The position numbers were made by a program, and so were the translations under genes. Under the pieces are notes generated by a model. That model did no database searches, had not been told where the DNA came from, and worked only from the letters and a program-made list of their open reading frames with translations. A stretch of DNA of 64,000 nucleotides from Octopus sinensis. Its lineage: Eukaryota. The stretch covers positions 136,524,001-136,588,000 of the forward strand of contig NC_042998.1 in assembly GCF_006345805.1 (NCBI RefSeq), written 5' to 3'. The stretch's first letter is position 1, and every line of letters begins with the position of its first letter. Shown in pieces: positions 38,920 to 52,489 of the stretch.

Positions 38920-39599
38920 TGCTTAGTCCCAGCTGGCGAGGGTTATTGCCTCCCCTTTGCAAATATAAGGACACAGAAAATGTGTCAAAGCCAACAGGAG
39001 ACGTCGATGTTTCCTAGGGCTAAATGGCGGTGGTGTAATTCCCTTACGGGACTGTCACATTGAGTTGACAGTATACGACCACTATATCTATAAATAATTA
39101 TACGTGAATAATTGTTTCTAATTTAGATACAAAGCTAGAAACAAGAGGGGAGAAAATCGCTCGACTAAATCGATCCCAGTACCTTATTTATTCCGAAAAG
39201 ATGTAAAGCAAAGTTGGCCTTTGCATAAAGTGTATGTATGTGTGTGTACACACATACAAACACATATGTATGCACATACACATACACAAAAGCTAGAGTT
39301 TTCAGAAAAAAATCACAGTTAAAAAATGCAAGATGTTCCCAAGTTCAAGATGACAGTTTTTGTTATCTACATTCCATCGATTGAACTTTGTATCTTTGCT
39401 AGAAACTAGCTCCTTCCTTACAGGAAGACTTCAAATGATTGAAAGCAGAAGAGAACACACACGCGTGCACACAGACACACACACACACACATATATATAT
39501 GAATATTAAAAATGCAACAATTATATTCATAAAACGAATAGTGTGAGAGCGAGAGAAAGAGTGAGATACTGAGAGAGGTAGAGAGAGAGAGAGAGAGAG

Positions 39600-39695
<96 letters not shown>

Positions 39696-40229
39696 AGCGT
39701 CAAAAGTTTAATAAAGAAAACTATGAAATAGGGAGATACAGAATCGAAAACTGCACTTGTCTTTATTTCAAAAAAACAAAACGAATAACTGAAATGGAAA
39801 GATTGTATTTGATACTTTAAATATTTCACTTATGGCCTCGTTTGGTGGAGAATGTCAAATACTGATAGCATTATTGGGCGTCAGCTAAACTGATCAATTT
39901 CCCAGTTATACTAAGTAAGGAATGTTGTAGAACATGAGCGTGTTTCATGACCGCAATTAGAATAATTGTCTGCGTTTGTTTGTTTGCCTGTACATACATA
40001 CATGTATGTATGCATACATACATACATAAACGCATATATATATTTATATATGTATATATGAATATATGTATCTATGTATACATATATACATTATATGTAT
40101 GTATATATGTACGTATGTATAGATAGATAGATAATGTAGCTGTATGCCACAAGATCTCAGGTTCATTCCTTCAGGCTGATATCTTGGTCAAATATTATTT
40201 TCTACAGTTTCACATTGACCCATACTTTG

Positions 40230-40557
40230 TGAGTTAGAGCGTCGAACTTACGACCGTGATGTTGTGAGTTCGAATCCTGGACCGGGCTGCGTGTTGTGTT
40301 CTTGAGCAAGACACTTTATTTCATTTTGCTCCAGTTCACTCAGCTGTAGAAAAGAGTTGCGACGTCACAGGTGCGAAGCTGTATCGGCCTTTGCCTTTCT
40401 CTTGGATAACATCGGTGGCGTGGAGAGGGGAGGCTGGTACGCATGGGCGACTGCTGGCCTTCCATAAACACCATAAACAATCTTGCCCAGACTTGTGCCT
40501 CGGAGGGTCACTTTCTAGGTGCAATCCCATGGTCATTCGTGACTGAAGGGGGTCTCC
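40230..40557 (+). mobile_element. tRNA-derived SINE (third family)
   Basis: Head ...GAGTTCGAATCCTGG, body TTCTTGAGCAAGACACTT, tail GTGCCTCGGAGGGTCACTTTCTAGGTGCAATCCCATGGTC. Confidence 0.8.
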
Positions 40558-40867
40558 GATATATATATACTAGCTTAAGGTGACGCGCTCTACGCGCGGG
40601 TGAGGGTGTGGTTGTTACTTTCTGTTGCTTCCTTTCTGCTTCTTATCGCCACATTCTCTCTTTTTGTTTCTCCTTTCTCTCTCACTTTCCCACTCTATTA
40701 CTTTTCCTTTCTCTCGGACTCTCCCTCGCTTTCTCTTACTCTCTATCTTTCTCTATATATCTTTCTCCCATTTATAAAAAATTAGATATCCGCGCTTAAA
40801 TTACTTATCCGCTTCCACTTCACCATGTTGAAAATTAGATAGAAAACGAGCAAAAGGTGTCCAATCT

Positions 40868-42065
40868 GAAAATAACTTAGTTGTTCTCCAATTGAGATCG
40901 ATAACATAACTTAGCGGTTCGCCAAACGTGATCGATAAAATAACTTAAATGTTCGACAAATGAGTTCGATAAAAAAAACTTAGCGGTTCGTCAAAGGAGA
41001 TCGATAAAATAACTTAGTGGTTCGCCAAAAGTGTTCGATAAAATAACTTAGCGGTTCGGGAGTCGAGATCGATAAAATAACATAGCGGTTCGCTAATCGA
41101 AATCAATAAAGCAAGATCAATAAAGAGATCGATAAAATAACTTAGAGGTTCGCAAACGATATCGATAAAATAGCTTAGAGGTTCGCCAAACTACATCGAT
41201 AAAATAACTTGGCGGTTCGCCAAAGGTGATCGATAATAACACAAGCTGTTCGCCAAACGAGATCGATAAAATAACTTAAATGTTCGACAAATGAGTTCGA
41301 TAAAAAAAACTTAGCGGTTCGTCAAAGGAGATCGATAAAATAACTTAGTGGTTCGCCAAAAGTGTTCGATAAAATAACTTAGCGGTTCGGGAGTCGAGAT
41401 CGATAAAATAACATAGCGGTTCGCTAATCGAAATCAATAAAGCAAGATCAATAAAGGAGATCGATAAAATAACTTAGAGGTTCGCCAAACGATATCGATA
41501 AAATAGCTTAGAGGTTCGCCAAACTACATCGATAAAATAACTTGGCGGTTCGCCAAAGGTGATCGATATAATAACATAGCTGTTCGCCAAACGAGATCGA
41601 TAAAATAACTTTGCGGTTCGCCAAACAAGACCGATAAAATAACTTAGCGGTTCGCCAAAAGATATCGATAAGATAACACAACGGTTCGCCAAAAGTGGTC
41701 GATAAAATAACTTAGCGGTTCGACAAACGAGTTCGATAAAAAAAAACTTAGCGGTTCGCCAAAGGAGATCGAGAAAATTATTTTGCTGTTTTTCCAAACG
41801 TGATCGATAAAATAACATAGCGGTTCGTCAAAGGTGACGATGAATTAACTTAGCAGTTCGCCAAACGTGTTCGATGAAATACTTGAGCGGTTCGTCAATG
41901 GAGATCGATAAAATAACTTAACGGTTCGCCAAACGTGATTGATAAATTAACCTAGCGGTTCGCCAAAGAATATCGATAAAATAACTTAACGGTTCGCCAA
42001 ACGTAATCGATAAAATAACTTAGCGGTTCGCCAAAGGGGATCGTGAAAATAACTTAGTGGTTCTC
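40868..42065. repeat. 33-34 bp minisatellite (about 35 units) with a ~331 bp higher-order duplication
   Basis: Unit TAACTTAGCGGTTCGCCAAANNNGATCGATAAAA; blocks about 40917-41247 and 41248-41590 are near-identical. Confidence 0.95.
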
Positions 42066-42164
42066 TAGGACTCTCCCTCGCTTTCTCTTACTGGTGTTCT
42101 CTCGCACATAGCTGGTATGTAATTGTACATTTGTTTCCATGTATTGTGTATTGTGTGTAAAAAA

Positions 42165-42244
42165 CATCCTGATGAGGAGAGTGTCAGTTTTGAATATATG
42201 AAATGTCTCATATTAATTGACGCGTCTCCGAAACAATTTTGGAT
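42165..42244 (+). ncRNA. Degenerate hammerhead ribozyme-like motif
   Basis: ATC CTGATGA GGAGAGTGTCAGTT...AATTGACGCGTCTCC GAAAC AATT TTG GAT; long helix II, corrupted cleavage triplet. Confidence 0.5.
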
Positions 42245-43198
42245 AAACAATTTTGTTATTTTTGTATTTTTAATTTTTCTGTATTTTTTCTGTATTTCTT
42301 CTGGAATTTTAATACGTCTTTTTATATGTCCTTTATATGTTTTATTATTCCAATTTTTTAATTTACGAAATGTTTTATCATTTTAAGCGTAAATTCACTG
42401 TGTTTTGTATGCAACATTGATTCTTATATATTTAATAATATTATATGATGTTTATTTATTTATATATTATTATTTTTTTAAACGTCGGACTTTATATCCG
42501 TTCTGTAGATAATCCGTTTGTCTGTCCTTGTTTGTGCCCTCTGTGTTTAGCCCCTTGTGGGTAGAAAAGAAATAGGTATTTCGTCTGCCGTTACGTTCTG
42601 AGTTCAAATTCCGCCGAGGTCGGTTTTGCCTGTCATCCTTTCGGGGTCGATAAATTAAGTACCAGTTGCGTACTGAGGACGATCTAATCGACTAGCTCCC
42701 TCCCTAAACATTTCGGGCCTTGTGCCTAGAGTAGAAAATTTTTTTATATAAAACACCATTTGCTTTCTACCTACCTTATAACAATGTTTACACACGCTAA
42801 ATAATATACTTTCTTTTTCTTTACACTTATACATATATATAGGGAATTAATTAATCATTAGTATACGAAAATACATACATAAACGTGCATGTATGTTGAT
42901 CTGTAACTATGTACACATATATGAGTATGTAAGAATAGACACATACTTGTCTGTGTGTATATGTGTATGAGTGTGGATCTGTATGTGTATATATACACAT
43001 ATATGTGAGCGGGGTTATGAGCACATACTCATGAGTGGGAAGGTACGCATGTGTGTAAGCATTTATGTAAGTGTGTATGTATATACTTACGCATGTGTAT
43101 GTGTCTAAATATGCGTGCGTGTATGTATGAATTTATGTATGAGTGTAAGTATGTATGCGCACATATACGTGTGCATGTCTATATATGCATTGTTTGTG

Positions 43199-43250
<52 letters not shown>

Positions 43251-43845
43251 CATATATATGCATATATAGGTACATATATATGTGTTTGTGTTTGTATGTG
43301 TGTATACGTATGCGTATGCGTGTATGTGTATGTACATGCAGTAACATGTTTATGAATGCATGTGCATGCCCGTATATGTGCATATATATATGTATATATA
43401 TATATATAATATATATGTGTGTGTGTGTGTGTGTGTGTTGGTATGTGCATGTATATGCGGGGAAACATGTATCTATATGCCCGCAGATATGAGTAGGGGG
43501 CTGTATGCAGCTATGTTGAAACGTGATTGGTTTTATGTATGTATGCAGGGGCGTACATTTACACGGTTGACTGTGTGTACATGTATACATCTGTATGTGA
43601 ATGTATTCATATACATGGGTGTATATGCATGCATATGTACGTGTGTGTGAGTGTGTGTGTATATATATATGTACATGTGTATGTATGTATATATATATAT
43701 ATATATGTATATACAAGCATATTTATATATATGCATAGATATGTATGTATGTATATACATATATATATATATTCATTTATATATATTATATGCATATTTA
43801 TATATATATAATATATGCATATTTATATATATATATATATATGCA

Positions 43846-43885
<40 letters not shown>

Positions 43886-44092
43886 GCGTGCGTGTGTGTA
43901 TATATATAAGTACATATTTAATAAGTACATATGTGTATGTCTGAGTGTATGGTTGCATATTGTATGTTTGTACTCGTGTAGGTGTTGTGCCTAAATATAT
44001 GTGGGTTTGTGCATGCATAGATGTATGTGTGCGTATGTGTATATTTGTATATGAGCGTTTTTATATGTATATATGTATGTATGTATATGTGC

Positions 44093-44140
<48 letters not shown>

Positions 44141-44399
44141 TTTGTATGTGTATAAATCTATGATTAAATTTACGTACGCCTGCACGAGTTTACACGTAAA
44201 CATTTATCATTTTCACATGTAAATTCAGACATAACAATTTAAGAGACCGCTACGCAAATTCACTTCCCTAGAAACGCTATCGTGTAAACATAGTGATTCA
44301 AAATTCCACTAACCAATCGTGAATTAACTGACCAACATGCATTTGTATCAATTCCTTCGTAGGGATGATGTGTTAAAAAGTGTAAAGGTGCAGTCTTTT

Positions 44400-44790
44400 A
44401 CTCTTTACTCTTTTACTTGTTTCAGTCATTTGACTGCGCTCATGCTGGAGTACCGCCTTTAGTCGAGCAAATCGACCCAAGGACTTATTCTTTGTAAGCC
44501 TAGTACTTATTATATCTGTCTCTTTTGCCGAACCGCTTAGTTACGGGGACGTGAATACACCAGCATTGGTGGTCAAGCGATTCTGGGGGGACAAACACAG
44601 ACACACACACACACACACACATACACACACAAACACACACACATACACACATATACGACGGGCTTCTTTCAGTTTCCGTCTACCAAATCCACTCACAAGG
44701 CCTTGGTTGGCCCGAGGCTGTAGAAGACACTTGCCCAAGGTGCCACTGAACCCAGAACCATGTGGTTGGTAAGCAAGCTACTTACCACAC
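44400..44790 (-). mobile_element. Near full-length octopus-type tRNA-derived SINE
   Basis: Head GGCGCAGGAGTGGCTGTGTGGTAAGTAGC..., internal (TG)n, tail CAAATGACTGAAACAAGTAAAAGAG. Confidence 0.9.
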
Positions 44791-45937
44791 AGCCACTCCT
44801 GCGCCTATTGTATTTATATGTATATGTATATCTACCTAACTACCTATCTATCTATCTATCTATCAATCTATCTATCTATCTACCTACCTACCTACCTACC
44901 TACCTATCTCTCTCTCTCTCTCTCTCTATCTATATATGTATGTGCGCGTATATGTATGTATATGTTTATGTACATGTATATGTCAATGTGCATACGCATT
45001 AACGTATTTGCGCATATGCGTGTATGTACATAAGTGTGTATATACATATGTGTGATGATATGTGTGTGCGTGTGGATGTATATATGTGCGTAAAAATATA
45101 TGTGAATGTATTTGTATGTATATATAAATGGACGCGTGGATGAATGCATGTGTGCGTGTTTATACGTGCGTGTGTACTTGTATATATACAAATTTTCTCA
45201 ACTTTATTTACACTTATAAATGTACTTTGCATCCTTACATTATTTATGTTGAAATTTCCTCTATTATCTCATTTAAACTTATTCATTTATCACTGTAATT
45301 CTATTTACCTTCTCTAATTTACCTCCAACCAACCTGCAAATCCCACGCCCTAACACATGAAAATACAAATCATAAATATTATCATTCAGTCTGCTATAAT
45401 GAATCCATAAACAAACATACAAAACATCGAAGGGTATATTTTTTCTCTCTGAAGACATTATGCTCAGAAATATGAACTTCTATATTTAATTAATTCACTA
45501 AGTATAATTGAAACAGCTGTAAGGGATAATGTTCGATTTGTTGTTGACAATGAATTCTTATTAACCTCACAATCTCCATTTTCTTCTTCCTTTATACGAA
45601 TATAAACTACAGGTTTTTATATACATAGCTATTATTTTAAGGAAATAATTCTCCCCCAAATATTAGGTATTGAACCAGTATTTCTTTGGATGAAGCCATA
45701 CCTTCATGAGGCTAAGTATATATATATATATATACAAAATAAGAAAATGGAGGAATATATTTTAATCAATCATCAACTACTAGATAATACCAATTCATAT
45801 AATTTATTAACTAGTTATATAGGAACATCCAGATCAAAAATGATAATACAGAATAAAACAGTACACATCAATGAGTAATATAATACCATAAGTACAATAC
45901 GTATAAATAAATATAAATAAATATAAATATAAAATGG

Positions 45938-46064
45938 ATCTTACAGCTGTTTCAGCCATGTAGATAAGAGTATCTCATTATGCTCATATTAGCCAGGTGT
46001 ATTAAGGTAATATGTGGTTATTAATGAGATACTTATATATATATCCCAAGGCCTCTTCAGAGAT
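45938..46064 (-). ncRNA. Type I hammerhead ribozyme-like motif with long helix II insert
   Basis: ATCT CTGAAGA GGCC-[92 nt]-GGCT GAAAC AGCT GTA AGAT; all core positions intact, palindromic ACAGCTGT helix III. Confidence 0.75.
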
Positions 46065-47608
46065 TATAAAATACAGTTACAGAGTTCTAAAATGAAGGTA
46101 TAAATTGCAAATATGAATATTAGAGAAGGTACACGTATACAAGAATAAGTACATATACATACACATACATATAAGTGTATATACACATGCACCTACATAT
46201 ATATAAGTATATACATAATAATATACATACACATAAGGTTACAGTTAGTCAAATCAATATATTAGAATATACATACATACACATATCCACATGAAAGTGT
46301 ACATATACAAAGTCCAGAGTTCATTGTATTACGTTACAAAAGGCTATTAATATTATTATTATTATTAATAATAATACCAGTAAAAGAATATGTGCATTCC
46401 GCCATTCACAATACATAGTAGATGGTATCATAATATAATAATATAATATTGCGGTTTTTAACTAAAATAAAATGTCATAGAAACCTGGTGTGTTAAGAAT
46501 ATTATGTATCGGAGGGAAAGAGTTTACAGCTAGCTGGGACGACTTTTCATCTCTTTCCGATGTATATTGCGTTTTTAAACTACCTATACCTATATGAGAA
46601 TTTATCTCGGACGGAAACCACCCCTTCTTGCCTGTCAACGGTGTATATATATATATATATATATATGTATCAAGTACGATACATAGATGACTGCGGACGC
46701 ATAGATTTTACTGGCTTTTATTATAAATCTCACAAGATCTGCAAAACCTGTAAAACCTATAAATATAAACATAAACTGTTTATTACTGTTAACAAAAAAA
46801 TAACAGTAATAATGTATAGGGTTATCATGTATGCTTGTGTATGCGTGTGTGTGCGTGTGAATGGAAACGCATGGGCCTGTGTATAGTGCGTGCGTTTGAA
46901 GTGTTGTGAGTTTGATGTATTTGTGTGTGTGTGTGTATGGACGTGTGTATATGAATGTAAGGCTTTCGCGCGTGTGTGTACATGTGTATATGAATGTGAG
47001 ACTTTCGCGTGTGTATGTGTGTGTTTGTGTGTGTGTCTGTGTTTGTTCGTGCGTGTATAGCCGCTTGTGTGTGTAGCAGTTGATGTGTGCACATGTGTAT
47101 GTATGTGTGTGACCCTATAGTGTGTGTGTATTATGTACGTCTGAATGCGAAAGTTGTGTGTGTTTATGTGTGTTGCGTGTGTGTGTGTATATTGTCTGTG
47201 CATTGTGTGTGCATTTTGGAATGAATACTGTGTGTTGTGGGAAATTGCATAGAGGTGTGAGGTGTGATAGGGGTGACGGGAATTAGGGGTTGGGAGGTGA
47301 GGTAGGGGTGACAGGAATTAAGGGTTGACATGCATTGGGTGGTAGTATGTGCGGAGTTGGAAGGTGTGTGTGTATGTGAACGTATGTACATGTGAGTGTA
47401 TGTGGGAGCATGCATAATGGTGTGTGGTGTGTGTGCTGAGTTGAACAGTGTGTAGAGTTGTTCGTATTGTGGTGTGTATGGTAAGAATATTGGAGTTTAT
47501 GTGTAGGTGTATGCAGAATGGTGTGTGGTGTGACTACTGAGTTAAACAACGTGTATGGGTATTTGTATAGTGGTGTGTGTGGTGAAGATACTGAGTTAGA
47601 CGGTGTAC

Positions 47609-47772
<164 letters not shown>

Positions 47773-47784
47773 TATATATATATG

Positions 47785-47829
<45 letters not shown>

Positions 47830-50800
47830 TATATATATATACATTTATACATATATAAATATATATGCATATATATGCATATATACAAATATATACCGTG
47901 ATGTTTACATATAAAAAAGACATAATCTTTGCCACGCTTTCAGTCTTATGTTATTAACATCATTTTATAGGACAGCGATATATACACCAAGTGTGATCGG
48001 TTCCTCCTTTATTTACCTTTGCAATTTGAAAATGTGGTATCTTGTGAAAAGTTTAAAGATAATTTATCCATATTGTATAATAATACGGTATCTTCCAGAA
48101 ACGTTTTCCAGGCATCATCCTAACTGTTTGAAGCTGATATTCGCATCTATTGAAGTTTCAGTAACTTTTCTGTTCCTGTCGCAAGATAAACTCTTAATTT
48201 ATAAAGAAGGCACATCCGTTTTGCAAGAACAGGTACTAAGGAATTTTTTTTTACGTATGATGACAAATATTGGTATATATAGTTATTAAGATATTTAATT
48301 TGATATATTTTAGTAAGAAGATTATAACTGTTTGCAAAGCCATTTGGCCATTAGTAAAATTTTCTCAAAGCTGACCCATTAAATCAGAATTCTAGACGTT
48401 ATCTATTTATGCAATCTAAGGCATCTACAATGCTTCGTATTTGATATCATTTGATTTCTGCTAGTGAATGATTTTTCTTTAGCTCTTGTTTTCAACTTTT
48501 TCTGTAATGTTTCGCGAAGAACAATTCAAGAGATTAAAATTGCTCAACTCTGAAAGAATATTTGTTTTTATTCCAAGCTTTCTTCTATTGCTGCAATGAA
48601 ATGTGATATGTAATATAGTGTTTATAGCATACTCTAAACAGTTCTGAATATGCATTACATTAGATAAACTCTAGTGAGAGTTTATCTAATGTAATGTTTC
48701 CTTTCTTCTAACATCTCAACTCGCACTGTGTGTGTGTGTGTGTGTGTTTGTGTGTGTGTGCTTGCATGCGCGAGCGTGTATGCGTGCGTGTTTGCATGTG
48801 TATGTGTGCGTGTTTCTGTGAATGTAAGCTTATGCTTTTGACTAAGATTTTTTTTTGTTATGGTACAATTTTCTTTCTGTACTGCTGAATGAACCGAACT
48901 ATTTACATTAAAATATGCTTTGCTCACTTCAAATGGATAAAATGCAATCTATCTCGACTCCTTGAAATTTGAACTAAGAAACACAACATATTAAGTATGA
49001 AAGCACACCTTCATTGTTCTTCTGGCGTTAACATTATAAACAGATCGAGTGTTATGAATTTTATAGCTAATGAGTAAACATAGATAGATGCATTGACATC
49101 TGACATACCAAATAGACAAATATGTTGCGGTTCAAAAGAAAGAAAGCGACACAGAGAGATACGGGAGCAAACTCAGAGAAGTAGATAGCGGAATGAATAG
49201 AAAGCAAGGAAGAAACAGAATGGAGTTAGAGAAGAGAGAGAGAGAGAAAAAAAAAGATGGGTCAACTAGTAGGACAGGTTGGCCGTTAGGAATATATAGG
49301 TGTATATTTTAATTATATAAAATGACTGTAGTTAAATTCGACATTTTACCGTCGCTTCTTAGGGAAACAAAAGTCATGACAGTTACTGCGCAGACACGAG
49401 AATTGCGACTGATGGTGACATTTACATAAAAATTGATTACCACGACCAAACCTATATTCAGGATAAAAATTTTGTATATTTTTCTTGATATGTTTTTTGC
49501 TGAAGAAACATTCATCTTTATGCGATCATAGGTGGCCACTGTTCCACTTACTACCACTTATGAGCTTACAAACCAGACATATTATTTCTCACTGAGACTA
49601 ATTTTCTCTACCTAACTCTATCAGTCAATCTCCACTGACCTCGCGATGGTCTTTTTTGCTCTAATGATTGAAGTACGGGATCCGTATGTGCGTAATATCG
49701 GTGTTATTATTAATGTAATTCAGCATCTCTTGGAATTCTAGCTTTGATGTAGAGGCGCAGGCATGGCTGTCTGGTTAAGAACCTCGTTTTGCAACCATGT
49801 GGTTTCGGGTTCAATCCCACTGCACGGAAGATTGGGCCAAAGTATCTTCAACTATAGCCAAGAGCCGAGCAATGCTTTGCGAAAGAATTTAGTAAACAGA
49901 AACTGTGTGTGCGTCTAAGTTTGTATTCCACCATCCCTTGAAAACCGGGTCTAGTCTATTTACGTCTCCGTGACATAACAGTTCAGAAAAAGTGACTGAT
50001 TGAATAAGTACTGAACTTAAAAAATAAGAAGGGCCATACATTTTTCGGCTCAACCCTTTAAAGCAGTACCTCAGTATGGCCGCAGTCTAATGAGGGAAAA
50101 AAGTAAAAGATAGAAGAAAAGATAAAGCTTACTCGAAAACAGTACTCTGCCTTTATATCAGCCATTTTGATTAAACTTGTTAGATAAAAACCTTCTGAAT
50201 ATCCCGTTTCTTACAGCGAGACCATTTAACACAATTACTTTACTGTTACATATCAACTTCGTAAGCCCTACCCACAAAACAAAACTAAAACATCAAAAAC
50301 AACAGCCCCTTCTAACACTTTCGCTTCTATCAGTTATGTAAGTTTTTCAAACAGTTGAATTATTTGTTATTTTCAAATAATTTCACTGCTATAAGAAACA
50401 ATTGCCATTTTCTGCTCATTTTCATGGAATGTTTTAAAAATTTTTTTGTAGAATCTAGCTTCATCTTTCTGATAGCGTTTCCATGGGGAAAAAATGTTGT
50501 CGTAATCCTTATATTGAGAATTAGGGGTGGTGAGCTGGCAGAATCGCTAGCACCCAGGGCGAAATGCTACGAGGCATTTCGTCCGTTTTTACAATTTGAG
50601 TTGAAATTCCGCAGAGATTGACTTAGCCTTTCATCCTTTCGGGTTGATAAAATAAGTACCAGTTGAGCACTGGGTCGACCTAATTGACTTAGCCCCTTTT
50701 CCCAAAACTTTTGGCCTTGTGCCAAAAGTTGAAACCCTTATATTAAGAATTAATATTGCATTAACAATGTTGATTTCATTATTTACATTATTTACATTTG

Positions 50801-50830
50801 ACGGATATTGTCCTCATTTTGTTTGTAGTT

Positions 50831-50876
50831 AACACAACGTTTCGGTTGATATATCCTCCAGCCTTCTTCAGGCGTC
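50831..50876 (-). ncRNA. Minimal type I hammerhead ribozyme-like motif
   Basis: GACGC CTGAAGA A GGCTG gaggatatat CAACC GAAAC GTT GTGTT; helix I GACGC/GUGUU, palindromic AACGTT helix III. Confidence 0.75.
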
Positions 50877-50946
50877 TTGGGGAAATTTCGAACCTGGGTT
50901 CTCATTCCTAAGGTATTTTTCGGTGTTATTATTATTATTATTATTA

Positions 50947-50990
<44 letters not shown>

Positions 50991-51054
50991 TATTATTATT
51001 ATTATTATTATATTATATTATTATTATTTTATTATTATTATTATTATTATTATT

Positions 51055-51610
51055 GAGTGAGAGAGCAGTGCATGCCATCAAAGTGACACTGGGGTAAAAT
51101 ATACGAAGCCCAGTATACCCATCATGACTACCCGTTTGATAAGGGTACTCTAGGCATATGCATCACAACCATACGTGTGCGACATGGTGATCTCATATCA
51201 AGATAAACAGCACATGACCTTGCAGGTGGGGCCCAGTTAGAATTTTCTTCTGGTCGAGTAGCCCATCCCGCTCAAAAGGTCCCTAAATAAGGGTTGTTTA
51301 AGGATTTTGAACGAAACACCCATGTTTCCAGAGGTGAATTATCCAAACCCCAAAGAATCCCTCTCAACACATGGCTATGATACTCCCCCACTACTTCTGC
51401 TCGTGATCAGAGATGCACATATCGTCAGCCACTAAGGGACATGCTCAACTGGTTAAGGTCAAACAGCTGACAAGCAAATCTGTGGTATTGAGCAGAATAT
51501 TTGCTGTAGCCCGTCTTTTATACCAAGACAAAACAATGTACATGATAACACTTCCAATCAGTTAAGATCAGAAGCCATGAGAGCCACTGTCTGGTACTGC
51601 ATCAGGGCAT
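51055..51610. mobile_element. ~556 bp non-coding interspersed element inserted in (ATT)n
   Basis: Complex sequence with sharp boundaries against (ATT)n on both sides; partial diverged match at about 31965-32005 (GGGGAGTATCA.AGCCATGTGTTGAGA). Confidence 0.7.
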
Positions 51611-51630
51611 TATCATTATTATTATTATCA

Positions 51631-51704
<74 letters not shown>

Positions 51705-52489
51705 GTTCAGGTCACTGCTTAAAATCGAACTCAGAATCATGGGGTTAGTATCCCGCACTCTTAACCACTTAAATATAGAAATGTTGATTCCTAAAACCAT
51801 TTGACAAAGTCTTTGTTAGAAATGACACATTGAAAACTTGCTTATTCTTTGATAATGATAGACATGGAGGATCTATAGTGATAAATGTATTTTTGAATGA
51901 TAATCGAGTCGAAATTCTGTGGATAAAAAGACAAGAATAAATTTAAAATAACTGTAAATGAAATATTTCCACGCTGAGAAAATAAGTGAAAAGTTTCTTA
52001 TCGTTTATAATTTATCTCTTACTTATTTCAGTAACTAGTCTGCGGCCATGCTCGGGCACTACGTTGACGAATTTTAGTCGAACAAATCGACCCTAGTAAT
52101 TATTTTTTTAAAGCCTGTTACTGCTATCGGTTTCTTTGGCCGAACCGTTGGGTCGCGGGGGTGTAAACATACCAACACCGGTTGTTAAGCGGCGGTGAGG
52201 GACGAACTAACACACGCACATACTCACGCACAGGCGCACAATCATATAAACGACGAGCTTCACACAAACACGCACACACATACACACACATATGCGACGG
52301 GCTTCTTTCAGTTTCCATCAACCAAATCAACTCACAAAGCCTTGGGCGTATCGAAGGTGCCACGCAGTGGGACTGAACGTGGGACCATGTGGTTGGGAAG
52401 CAAACTGCTTACCACAGTACCACGCATGCGCCTATTTTTAAGATTTAATGTGCATTATTTCAATATATATATATATATATATATATAGG

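Larger units (their letters stand above)
40570..42509 (-). mobile_element. Probable non-autonomous Helitron-like element carrying a minisatellite
   Basis: CTAG terminus at 40570-40573 next to (TA)n with an adjacent CGCG-ctcta-CGCG hairpin; candidate 5'-TC at 42509. Confidence 0.5.
50775..51770 (-). mobile_element. tRNA-headed SINE-like element with (AAT)n linker and hammerhead-bearing tail, interrupted by an insertion
   Basis: Head 51701-51770 (AGTGGTTAAG...GAGTTCGATT), (AAT)n, tail 50775-50928 with hammerhead motif at 50831-50876. Confidence 0.6.

Noticed and set aside
40868-42065. CRISPR-like array, or repeat protein from ORF 41474-41818
   Set aside because: Variable parts are only 4-6 nt, units are contiguous and SINE-derived, the context is eukaryotic and there are no cas genes; the ORF is a translation of the satellite.
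46670-46700. RYIDD motif as a Penelope RT fragment
   Set aside because: Isolated five-residue match after (TA)n, with no flanking RT motifs.
47948-48700. Possible degenerate transposase
   Set aside because: No diagnostic motif recognised in any frame I read.
49309-49557. 82-aa minus-strand ORF
   Set aside because: Non-ATG start, no recognisable motif or splice support.
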